This document shows, piece after piece, positions 42,833 to 51,093 of a stretch of 64,000 bases of DNA; position 1 is the stretch's first letter; the number at the start of each line of letters is the position of its first letter. The position numbers and the translations under genes are program-made. The notes under the pieces are model-generated. The model was not told the DNA's origin. It was given only the letters and a program-made list of their open reading frames with translations, and ran no database searches. This stretch comes from Patescibacteria group bacterium (lineage in GTDB: Bacteria; Patescibacteriota; Patescibacteriia; UBA11705; DATKZF01), in contig JBMORT010000006.1 of NCBI GenBank assembly GCA_049319825.1, forward strand, positions 299,641 to 363,640, written 5' to 3'.

Positions 42833-45613
42833 ATGGCTGCAGAATCTCCAAAAAAGAAACTGCCGTTCCTGGTCTGCCAATCTTGCGCCGGAACGGGAAC
42901 CAAAGACGGCATGACGTGCCCGGCGTGCAAAGGTTTGGGCGTGGTTTTGTTTTTTAAAAATAAAATTTTGTATTGGGGCAAAATAGTCGATACTTGGAAC
43001 ATTTATAATGAAAAGTTCGAAAAATTCATTAAGACGCTTATCAATGTCACCTTGATAATTTATGGCTTGAGCGGCTTTGCCTTGATCTTGTGGTCTTTAT
43101 ACGAACAAAATTTTGAGACAGCTTTTTCTTTTGATTATTGGTTCAAGGATGCTGATTTTGTGAAATTGTATTTTTGGCTGACGGTGCTGGCCGACTTATA
43201 TTTGTATTACCGAATCGAACAGGAGCTCGATCCCAAACATAAAGTATTGAAGAAAGAATTCAGGGACGAGAATTTAATTTACGTCTCTTCGGTCAGTGAC
43301 TGGCAGGACGTGACGACTCGCCCCAAAACGGATTTGATAGACGTGTCCAAATCATTTACCGACCCGGCGGCCGATTTGGTCAATGACGCTTGGTTGCTGG
43401 CCAAACAGAAAGGGGAATCGGAAGTGGTCGATCTTCATTTGTTTCATCAATTGCCGGAGAACGATCAGGGCTTGATTATTTTGGGGCGGCTCGGCCTGCC
43501 GAAACAGCTTATTCAAGATAAAATTGATAATATATTATCGCAAAAGACAGCAGTGGGGGGGCGGCCGGCGCTGCTGCCGATAGCCAAGAAAATATTGATC
43601 ATGGCCTATTGGCAGGCTATGCTGGCGGATAAATTCAAAGTGGGCGTCGCGGAAATCGCCGCGGCGTTCACTCAAAAAGAGATTTTTTCTGATTTGGAAA
43701 AAGATTACATCGGAGAGATTTTGCTTGATTTGGAATTAAGCAGGCAAAAGTTTTTTAATGTGATTGTCTGGCTCAGAATTCAGAATCAGCTGCGTTCTCA
43801 AGTCTCTCGGTATCGGGCGCGCGGGCGGCTAAAACCGAAAAGCGGCATTGATCGGGCCATGACCGCGGTGGCCACGCCGTTTTTGGATCAGCTGAGCGTT
43901 GATTTGACCGCAGCGGCGCGAGCCGGCGCCTTGTTTCCGGCGGTCGGTCGGGAAAAAGAATTTGAAAATATTTTCCGGATCATCGAAGGTTCTCGTGACA
44001 GCGTGATTTTAATAGGTTATCCGGGAGTCGGTAAAACATCGGTTCTCGAAGGACTGGCACAGAAAATGATTGCCGACGATGTCCCGGAAATACTGCAGGA
44101 TAAACGGTTGGTCAGTCTGAGTGTGCCCCGAATCGTCAGCGGCGCCACTCCGGCTCAGGCAGAGGAACGATTGATGTCGGCCATGGCCGAGGCGGCGAGA
44201 TCGAAGAATATCGTTTTGGCTATCGAAAATATTCACGATATGATCGGCATTACCGCCGGACAAGAAGCCGGGTTGGATTTATCCGAAGTGCTGACTCAAA
44301 TTTTGGAAAAGAAGCCTTTTTACGTGGTGGCGACCACCACTCCGTCGGAATACAGTAAATCAGTGGAGCAAAGCTCGCTGGCCAATGTTTTTCAAAACAT
44401 TAAAGTCGAAGAACCGGCGATCGACGAAGCGATTCAGATACTTGAAGCCAAAAGCGGTCCGATCGAATATCGCAACAAAGTGTTTTTTTCCTACGACAGC
44501 TTAGATAAAGCGGTGGCGTTATCTTCCCGGTACATGCATGATAAATATTTGCCGCAAAAGGCGCTGGAGATAATCGAGCAGGTTTCAATTGCCGTGCGCA
44601 AGGAAAAAGGCGAAAATCAAATTGTATCCGGCGATGACGTGGCCAAATTCATTTCGGAAAAGACGGCCATTCCCGTGGCGAAGATTACAGAAAAAGAAGC
44701 GGCCAAGCTCCTGAATTTGGAAGATGAAATTCACCGGCGAATAATCGGCCAAGAAGAAGCGGTAAAAATGGTCGCCTCGAGCTTAAAGCGGGCTCGAGCC
44801 GAGCTGCGCGAGGGCGACCGGCCGATCGCCAGCTTGCTGTTTTTAGGACCGACCGGTGTGGGCAAAACCGAATTGGCGAAGACAGTCGCGGACATTTATT
44901 TCGGCAGCGAGGAAAACATGGTCAGGCTCGATATGTCCGAATATCAGACGCCGGAGAGCATTTACCGGCTGATCGGCGCGCCGACCGGCAGCCGCGAGGG
45001 CGGTTATCTGACCGAAGCGGTCAGAAAAAATCCGTTTACCGTTCTTTTAATCGACGAGCTGGAAAAAGCCCATCCGGATGTGTTGAATCTATTTTTACAG
45101 GTAATGGAAGACGGGCGGCTGACTGATAATCAAGGCCGCACAATTGATTTTACCAATTTGATTATTATCATGACATCAAACGCGGGCACAGCATTCATTC
45201 AGGATGAGGTTGCCAAGAACACCCCGCTCGAAGAAATAAAAAATCATTTGATAAACGAGCAGCTCCGCGAATATTTCCGGCCGGAGTTTTTAAACCGCTA
45301 TGACGGCATCATGGTTTTCAAGCCGCTGAGCCAGGAAGACGTTTATCAAATAGCCAAGCTAATGATGGCTAAAGTGGCTAAAAGGCTTGAAAACAAAGGA
45401 ATCACCTTTACCGCGACCGACGCAGCCGTAAGAGAACTGGCGCAAAAAGGCTATGATCCCAAATTCGGCGCCCGGCCTTTGCGAAGGGTGATCCAAACCG
45501 AAGTTGACGACGCGCTGGCCAATTATTTATTGACCGCCCAAATCGGCAGGCGGGATGCGGTGACTTTGGACGCGGGAGGAAAGATTTCCGTTGAGAAGGC
45601 TGAGGAGTTGTAA
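42833..45613 (+). CDS. ClpC-like double-AAA+ ATPase with an N-terminal DnaJ-type CxxCxGxG zinc finger and two TM helices
   Basis: CQSCAGTG...CPACKGLG; 2 hydrophobic helices; Clp_N-like segment; Walker A GYPGVGKTS and GPTGVGKTE; 926 aa. Confidence 0.75.
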   Translation: MAAESPKKKLPFLVCQSCAGTGTKDGMTCPACKGLGVVLFFKNKILYWGKIVDTWNIYNEKFEKFIKTLINVTLIIYGLSGFALILWSLYEQNFETAFSFDYWFKDADFVKLYFWLTVLADLYLYYRIEQELDPKHKVLKKEFRDENLIYVSSVSDWQDVTTRPKTDLIDVSKSFTDPAADLVNDAWLLAKQKGESEVVDLHLFHQLPENDQGLIILGRLGLPKQLIQDKIDNILSQKTAVGGRPALLPIAKKILIMAYWQAMLADKFKVGVAEIAAAFTQKEIFSDLEKDYIGEILLDLELSRQKFFNVIVWLRIQNQLRSQVSRYRARGRLKPKSGIDRAMTAVATPFLDQLSVDLTAAARAGALFPAVGREKEFENIFRIIEGSRDSVILIGYPGVGKTSVLEGLAQKMIADDVPEILQDKRLVSLSVPRIVSGATPAQAEERLMSAMAEAARSKNIVLAIENIHDMIGITAGQEAGLDLSEVLTQILEKKPFYVVATTTPSEYSKSVEQSSLANVFQNIKVEEPAIDEAIQILEAKSGPIEYRNKVFFSYDSLDKAVALSSRYMHDKYLPQKALEIIEQVSIAVRKEKGENQIVSGDDVAKFISEKTAIPVAKITEKEAAKLLNLEDEIHRRIIGQEEAVKMVASSLKRARAELREGDRPIASLLFLGPTGVGKTELAKTVADIYFGSEENMVRLDMSEYQTPESIYRLIGAPTGSREGGYLTEAVRKNPFTVLLIDELEKAHPDVLNLFLQVMEDGRLTDNQGRTIDFTNLIIIMTSNAGTAFIQDEVAKNTPLEEIKNHLINEQLREYFRPEFLNRYDGIMVFKPLSQEDVYQIAKLMMAKVAKRLENKGITFTATDAAVRELAQKGYDPKFGARPLRRVIQTEVDDALANYLLTAQIGRRDAVTLDAGGKISVEKAEEL

Positions 45614-45689
45614 GCTGGCTTGTAGGCGAATAAAATAACGCAATATAACGCAAATATTAACGCAATTTCTGCGTTTTTTTATTGGCGGC

Positions 45690-45795
45690 GGCCGCATGCG
45701 CGTCGCGCATGTCCCGTAGGGACAGGTCGCGACCTGTCCCTACGGGCGGGAACGCGCGCGTTCCCGCGGGCCGCCGCATTTTTTGCGTTTTTGCG
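45690..45795. repeat. Cluster of GC-rich perfect palindromes (CCCGTAGGGACAGGTCGC|GACCTGTCCCTACGGG; GGGAACGCGCGCGTTCCC) flanked by AACGCAA repeats
   Basis: Direct reading of the inverted repeats. Confidence 0.8.
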
Positions 45796-45823
45796 TTAAA
45801 TTTATTACAATAAACACGCCAAT

Positions 45824-46930
45824 ATGAATTCCGCCGATTACATCGCCGCCCTGTCAATAGCCTTTTTTATCAGCTTGATATTAACGGCTGTAGTCAAATG
45901 GCTGGCATTTAAATTAAAAATAGTTGACAAGCCCGGTAATAATCCGAAAAAGATTCATAAAAAAGCCACTCCCAAAATGGGCGGGCTTGCTTTATTTCTG
46001 ACATTCAATATTGTTGTTTTGGTTTATACTTACATGAGCCATGAGCTGACCGGCGCGCACATTATGCAAAAATACGTCTGGGGTATGTTGATCGGCGGAT
46101 TATTTTTAATGATTGGCGGAATTTTAGATGATAAGTTTGACTTGAAACCAAAGTATCAGTTCATCTGGCCGATGCTGGCAGTTTTATCTGTCGGCATCAG
46201 CGGCATCGGCATCGACTGGATCACCAATCCGTTCGGAGACGGACAGTGGCATTTGGCCAAATATCAAATTGACCTGCTTTGGTTTCACGGACTGCCGTAT
46301 CGAATAACTTTTCTGGCTGACATATTTACTTTTATCTGGCTGATGGGCATGATGTACACAACCAAGATTATGGACGGGCTCGACGGTCTGGTAACAGGCA
46401 TCACCAGCATCGGCGCTTTGTTTATTTTCGCCGTGTCATTGATGAATCAGGATATTCAGAGTGATGTGGCGCTTTTAGCAATAATTTTCGTGGGCGTATG
46501 CCTGGGATTTTTGGTTTTTAATTTCAATCCGGCAGCAATATTTCTCGGCGAAGGCGGCAGCACCTACACCGGATTTATTCTGGGAACATTATCAATAATT
46601 TCCGGCAGCAAAGTGGCAGTCACTTTAATGCTGATGAGCCTGCCGATTCTTGACGTGGCCTGGACTATTATTCGCCGGAAAATGGATAAGCAGTCGCTGC
46701 GAATCGCTGACCGGAAGCATCTGCACCATCGCCTGCTAGATGCCGGATTAAGCGCCAAGAAAGCCTGCTTGTTTTTGTGGGCAATCAGCGCGGTTTTGGC
46801 CGGTGTCGGGCTTTATCTGCAGCAGCAGGGGCTGGCGCTGTTCATTTTAGGCATGGGCGCATTGCTGGTTTTTATGCTGACAACAGCTTATCTATATAAG
46901 AAACGTAAAGATTTGCAAAAAATTGAATAG
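45824..46930 (+). CDS. Glycosyltransferase family 4 phospho-sugar transferase (WecA/TagO-like; MraY not excluded)
   Basis: KKATPKMGG, IDDKFDL and DRKHLHHRLL motifs; 10-11 TM helices. Confidence 0.7.
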   Translation: MNSADYIAALSIAFFISLILTAVVKWLAFKLKIVDKPGNNPKKIHKKATPKMGGLALFLTFNIVVLVYTYMSHELTGAHIMQKYVWGMLIGGLFLMIGGILDDKFDLKPKYQFIWPMLAVLSVGISGIGIDWITNPFGDGQWHLAKYQIDLLWFHGLPYRITFLADIFTFIWLMGMMYTTKIMDGLDGLVTGITSIGALFIFAVSLMNQDIQSDVALLAIIFVGVCLGFLVFNFNPAAIFLGEGGSTYTGFILGTLSIISGSKVAVTLMLMSLPILDVAWTIIRRKMDKQSLRIADRKHLHHRLLDAGLSAKKACLFLWAISAVLAGVGLYLQQQGLALFILGMGALLVFMLTTAYLYKKRKDLQKIE

Positions 46931-47167
46931 TTGCAACCCTTGCTTTATTCTTTGATCACGTGGCTGGGTATCGACGCTAATATACTAATTATGCGAATGA
47001 TACTAATTTTGGTTACATTCGTATAATTAGTATTCATTAGTATATTTGCATCGATACTTGACGAAGTCAAAAATATCAGCTATAATTCCGCTTGTATTCA
47101 TAACCCAATTTCCATTTTCCGTTTTCAAACACTAATTTCCAATTTCTAAACAACTAATTTCCAAAAT

Positions 47168-47590
47168 ATGACTATCGCAGTAATCAAAACCGGAGGCAAA
47201 CAGTATAAAGTGGCTCCAGCGCAACAAGTGAAAATCGAAAAAATTGACGGACAAGCCGGAGATAAAGTGTCGTTTAATGCTTTATTGGTTTTCGATGATG
47301 CCGGCAAAGAATTTGATCTGGGCATGCCCAACACATCGAAAAAAGTTGAAGCGGAAATAGTCGAGCAGGGCAGAGCCAAAAAAATTGATGTTATTAAGTT
47401 TAAAAGCAAGGTCAGATACCGCCGGAAATACGGACATCGCCAGCCGTTTACCCAAGTTAAGATTTTGAGCGTCGGCGGCGTGAAAGCTTCCGCGTCCAAG
47501 AAAGAACCGGCTAAGAAACCGGCAGTTAAAAAAGCTACTGTGACAAAAATCGCAGCCAAAGCGCCGGCGAAAAAGACAGCGAAAAAATAA
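47168..47590 (+). CDS. rplU: 50S ribosomal protein L21 with a Lys/Ala-rich C-terminal extension
   Basis: MTIAVIKTGGKQYKV...KFKSKVRYRRKYGHRQPFTQVKI; ~40-aa KKPAxKK tail. Confidence 0.85.
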   Translation: MTIAVIKTGGKQYKVAPAQQVKIEKIDGQAGDKVSFNALLVFDDAGKEFDLGMPNTSKKVEAEIVEQGRAKKIDVIKFKSKVRYRRKYGHRQPFTQVKILSVGGVKASASKKEPAKKPAVKKATVTKIAAKAPAKKTAKK

Positions 47591-47603
47591 TTTCAATAGA
47601 AAA

Positions 47604-47630
47604 GACAGGCCCAAAGGGGTCTGTTTTTGA
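47604..47630 (+). terminator. Intrinsic terminator after rplU
   Basis: GACAGGCCCAAAGGGGTCTG hairpin followed by TTTTT. Confidence 0.6.
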
Positions 47631-47650
47631 TTATGGAAGCGAAGTACACT

Positions 47651-47679
47651 TGACAAGTACTCGTTTTTTTGATATAATT
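47651..47679 (+). promoter_or_regulatory. Consensus sigma70 promoter: TTGACA, 17-nt spacer, extended -10 TGATATAAT
   Basis: Exact match to -35 and -10 consensus with an ideal spacer, 37 nt upstream of a strong AAGGGAGGAG Shine-Dalgarno site. Confidence 0.65.
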
Positions 47680-47715
47680 AAAAAATTCCGGTGAACGGAA
47701 AGGGAGGAGACGTCC

Positions 47716-47907
47716 ATGCCTAACGAAACAAAGGAAAAAAAAGTCCATCTCTTTGGCTGTACCGCCGGCAGTGCTTATCGCGCTGGGATGTGCGACAGCA
47801 ACTGTCGAGGTTGCTATTATTGGGATGGAACTGAGCGCTGGGTCACCTTGGAAGAACTTAATATGATGAATGTGGCAGATCCGGTTGAGGATTTTGAGGA
47901 CTGTTAA
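47716..47907 (+). CDS. Small Cys-rich protein (63 aa; C-x10-C-x3-C-x2-C...C)
   Basis: ORF directly behind the consensus promoter and Shine-Dalgarno site, followed by a hairpin+T-tract terminator at 47955-47983. Confidence 0.5.
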   Translation: MPNETKEKKVHLFGCTAGSAYRAGMCDSNCRGCYYWDGTERWVTLEELNMMNVADPVEDFEDC

Positions 47908-47954
47908 AAGTCAAGTCATGCAACCGATTAAAAAACACCTGTCGGTTTAAGTCG

Positions 47955-47983
47955 AGCGCTTCGTAAAACGAGGTGCTTTTTGA
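47955..47983 (+). terminator. Hairpin (with G-U pairs) plus a T-tract after the small Cys-rich ORF
   Basis: AGCGCTTCGTAAAACGAGGTGCTTTTT. Confidence 0.45.
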
Positions 47984-47989
47984 TTAACA

Positions 47990-48235
47990 AAACCCGCGCA
48001 AACATGTTGCGTGGGTTTTTTATCGGCCGCGGGCCAGGCGCCGGTAACAACGAATTCGAATTCGTTGTTACCGGGCCGGACAGAACCGTTACCGGCGCCG
48101 GCGTGGGAACAGGGCGTTTCGCGGGAACAGATGGTAGGAACAGGGCAGCGCCCTGTTCCTACCATCTGTTCCCACGCGCCCGCCGGAGGCGGGCGGCCGC
48201 GGCCCGATTGACAGAAAGAATTTTGTGTTATATGA
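47990..48235. repeat. GC-rich long perfect palindromes (GGTAACAACGAATTCGAATTCGTTGTTACC; GGGAACAGATGGTAGGAACAGGGC...GCCCTGTTCCTACCATCTGTTCCC)
   Basis: Direct reading: 15-bp and ~24-bp perfect stems; a GTAGGAACA motif shared with the palindrome at 2030-2060. Confidence 0.8.
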
Positions 48236-48269
48236 TCTTGAAATCCTTTGCGGACAAAGGAGGTGATCG

Positions 48270-48551
48270 ATGGTTGAACTCCATGAATTTCGAACTGTTG
48301 TTGAAATCCATTTTAATGTGGCAGATAGGATTATTGAATTGTGGCACACCAGGTCGCCAAACGGTGAAAAGCAAAAGTTGCCCAGAGATTCGGGTGTTTA
48401 TAACTGGCCAATGACAGTTGAGGTAATTGAATTCGCCCTGGAAATTTTTGCGGCCATCACTCATCAGCGATTTATTGAGCTACGGCCTGGTAATCCTGAC
48501 CGTCTGTCGGACTGGGTGATCTATCGCCGTGCGGATTTGTTCAAAAAATAG
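48270..48551 (+). CDS. Hypothetical 93-aa protein
   Basis: ORF with an AAAGGAGGTGA Shine-Dalgarno site; followed by the terminator CACTTCGTCAAACGAAGTGTTTTT (48552-48576). Confidence 0.4.
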   Translation: MVELHEFRTVVEIHFNVADRIIELWHTRSPNGEKQKLPRDSGVYNWPMTVEVIEFALEIFAAITHQRFIELRPGNPDRLSDWVIYRRADLFKK

Positions 48552-48576
48552 CACTTCGTCAAACGAAGTGTTTTTA
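48552..48576 (+). terminator. Intrinsic terminator
   Basis: 7-bp perfect stem CACTTCG/CGAAGTG followed by TTTTT. Confidence 0.6.
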
Positions 48577-48611
48577 AATTATGAAAAATACGACTGAAAA
48601 TCGGGCGGAAA

Positions 48612-48646
48612 TTATTTCACCTCCTGCCTCCCCTTGAGCGCGTTGG
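48612..48646. repeat. 35-bp direct repeat (copy of the recR 3' end) flanking the DUF1704-like gene; second copy at 50077-50111
   Basis: ttatttcacctcctgcctccccttgagcgcgtt vs ttatttcacctcctgcctccccttaagcgcgtt. Confidence 0.8.
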
Positions 48647-50005
48647 TTAGGCGGTTTCTTGCGGCTGCTCCAATTCCTTGTCGGTTATTCCCAGCATATT
48701 TAAAATCCAAATGTGCCGCGGGTTGGCCGGATCGTATTTGCCAATGCTAAAGCGCGACATTTCTTCCGGCTTATTTTTTACGACCGCCCATGTTTCGATA
48801 TTTCCTTCGCGGTAAATAATATCTTTTGTAAAACACACTCCTGGGGTTTTGCAATCAGTGCCTCTGAATGTGCGAACGGAGCGGTTCCATGCGCTTGTCT
48901 GAGACGCGGCCAGAGCTTCTTCCTTCTTTTTGCCTTGCAGCAAATTATTTAGCCGATAATATTTTTCCAAAATTTCATAAACTTGACGAAAATCCCTTGG
49001 CTTTCCGTCAAGTCCCATTGCTAATCCGATTGCTAGATGGCCGTCTAGTCCAGCATAATCTTTAAGCTCGTTAGATAAAGCTTGTTCTCTCATGGTCGCA
49101 ACGCCTTCTTCGCCCTTTTCATATCTATCCAAGCCTAGCCCAAGCAGTTTTAATTTGCTTCTTTCTCCTTTAACTCTGCGGGTGACATGCGTGCCGATCT
49201 CGTGGGCGATCAATGTCCTTAATTTATCGAAAAGCATTTTTCTTGATTCAGGCACTTTTATTGTTTTTATTTCTTGATCAACGCTGATGCCCGTTTTGCT
49301 GCTTTTATCAATAACTACCGACCAGCCCTCAACGCGTAAATTTGCCAGCGCTTGGGTAAACATTTCTTTGATATCTTCGGCTACTAACTCTCCAGCCTTG
49401 TATGAAATATTGACCAAATCTCCCATCTCTTTCAGCGTCAATTCTTTAGCCAGCTGGCGGGTTTTTGCTTCCGGCAGCTCTTGCATTTTCACTTTCGGCA
49501 AGTTGTTTGGCAAAGCGGCCAGCAATTCTTGCGCGGTTTGTTTTATTTCTTCATTTTCTGATTCCAGCGCCTTTTCCGCGGTTTTTCTGATATTTTGTAT
49601 CGTATATGCAAACACGTCAGGCGAAGGCGTCCCATAGACAAATTCCGAGTAACCTTGAAAGCGGCGCATATCGTGATTAGCTGTCGCTTTCGCAATTCGA
49701 AGTTCTGCGATTTTTTCGTTCAATCGCCAGCGGTACACTTGGCTGATTACCTCGTTTTGTTCCAAGGCCTTGATGTCCTTGCGAAGCTTGAGAAGCATTT
49801 GTTCTCGTTCGTTTAGTTTGTCAATGTCGATTTTTGGATAATCCAATTCTGGATTTTCAATTTCACCTGCTAAAAATTTCTTTTTTTGTTCTTCTCGGTA
49901 TTCTTTATCGCCATCCAAATATTCGTAGGCTTGAAAAGCCGCATGTTTTTCAAAAGTATCATACCATTGCTGGTCAAGGGGAACGGGTTGTTCGAAGTTT
50001 TTCAT
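48647..50005 (-). CDS. DUF1704/QEGLA-family-like HExxH protein (putative carboxypeptidase-like)
   Basis: HEIGTHV...REQALS arrangement resembles the HExxH...QEGLA family; 452 aa. Confidence 0.5.
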   Translation of the reverse strand: MKNFEQPVPLDQQWYDTFEKHAAFQAYEYLDGDKEYREEQKKKFLAGEIENPELDYPKIDIDKLNEREQMLLKLRKDIKALEQNEVISQVYRWRLNEKIAELRIAKATANHDMRRFQGYSEFVYGTPSPDVFAYTIQNIRKTAEKALESENEEIKQTAQELLAALPNNLPKVKMQELPEAKTRQLAKELTLKEMGDLVNISYKAGELVAEDIKEMFTQALANLRVEGWSVVIDKSSKTGISVDQEIKTIKVPESRKMLFDKLRTLIAHEIGTHVTRRVKGERSKLKLLGLGLDRYEKGEEGVATMREQALSNELKDYAGLDGHLAIGLAMGLDGKPRDFRQVYEILEKYYRLNNLLQGKKKEEALAASQTSAWNRSVRTFRGTDCKTPGVCFTKDIIYREGNIETWAVVKNKPEEMSRFSIGKYDPANPRHIWILNMLGITDKELEQPQETA

Positions 50006-50071
50006 AGAGTTTATAAATTAAATGTTTTATGCTTTTTTTTGCTTTGCATTTTTAGTTTTGCGTTTTGCACT

Positions 50072-50677
50072 TTATTTCACCTCCTGCCTCCCCTTAAGCG
50101 CGTTCGTTAAAGTCGTTTCATCAGTATATTCCAAATCGCTGCCCATGGCCAGGCCGCGGGCGAGTTTGGTGAATTTTAGGTTCAGCGGCTTGAAAAGCTT
50201 GACCAGGTATAGGGAAGTGGCTTCACCCTGGATGTCCGGATTCAGCGCCAGAATTATTTCTGAAAATTTTTCTTTTTTCACTCTGTCAATTAATTTTTGG
50301 ATGTTTAATTTTTCAGGCGTGATGCCTTCGAGCGGATTGATTTGCCCGCCGAGCACATGATAAAGCCCGCGATATTCTTTGGTTGATTCGATTACTCCCA
50401 AATCTTGTACATCTTCGACAATGCATAAAAGCGATCGGTCGCGGCGGCTGTCAGCGCAGATGTCGCATTCTTTTTTCAGGCCGGAAAAATTGCCGCAAGT
50501 CTGGCAGAAGCTGAGGTTTTTCTGCAGATTAAGTACGCTGCTGGCGAATTGATTTAAGAATTCTGGGCTTTGTCTGAGTAAATAAAAAACGAACTTCTCA
50601 GAGGTCTTTCGGCCGATGCCGGGAAGCTGGTTGAATTTGTCGATGAGGTTTTCGATTTCAGAAGGGTAAATTACCAT
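50072..50677 (-). CDS. recR: Recombination protein RecR
   Basis: HhH (LPGIGRKTSEKF), C4 zinc finger CQTCGN...CDIC, Toprim. Confidence 0.9.
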   Translation of the reverse strand: MVIYPSEIENLIDKFNQLPGIGRKTSEKFVFYLLRQSPEFLNQFASSVLNLQKNLSFCQTCGNFSGLKKECDICADSRRDRSLLCIVEDVQDLGVIESTKEYRGLYHVLGGQINPLEGITPEKLNIQKLIDRVKKEKFSEIILALNPDIQGEATSLYLVKLFKPLNLKFTKLARGLAMGSDLEYTDETTLTNALKGRQEVK

Positions 50678-50724
50678 ATAGACTACGAAACTACGGATTT
50701 GCTACAAATTTTACGAAAACAAGC

Positions 50725-50997
50725 TTACATCCCAGGAAAATCACCCATTTGTCCGCGCATCTTCATCGCCATCTGCCGCTGGATTTTTTTAATGGCGTCA
50801 TTGGTCGCGTCTTTTATGAGGTCTTGGAGCTTTTCTTTGTCAGTTAAAAGGATTTCATCGATTTGTACATCCAAAATTTCCTGAATACCATTGATTTTAA
50901 TTGTTACTTTGCCAAACCCGGCAGAACCCTCGGCGAATTCCTGCTGCATCTGGGCCTGGAGAGCTTTCATTTGTTTGATTTGGTCGAAGAAGGACAT
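50725..50997 (-). CDS. ybaB: Nucleoid-associated protein YbaB/EbfC
   Basis: 90 aa with typical YbaB sequence (MQQ...GSAGFGKVTIKINGIQEI...). Confidence 0.8.
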   Translation of the reverse strand: MSFFDQIKQMKALQAQMQQEFAEGSAGFGKVTIKINGIQEILDVQIDEILLTDKEKLQDLIKDATNDAIKKIQRQMAMKMRGQMGDFPGM

Positions 50998-51007
50998 AAA
51001 TTTTATA

Positions 51008-51093
51008 GTGCGACAAGCGAGACAAGTAAAACAAGTGCGACAAGTATTAGTAAAATTATCTTACGTAGCATACTTGTTTTGCTCGTCGCACTG
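51008..51093. repeat. Palindromic GTGCGACAAG-type intergenic element (copy 3)
   Basis: See 15361-15507. Confidence 0.7.

Noticed and set aside
48040-48075. GAATTCGAATTC region as a possible tRNA T-loop
   Set aside because: It is part of a 30-bp perfect palindrome with no acceptor or anticodon arm context. I found no convincing tRNA or rRNA anywhere in the window, although a dedicated scan (tRNAscan/Infernal) was not possible.
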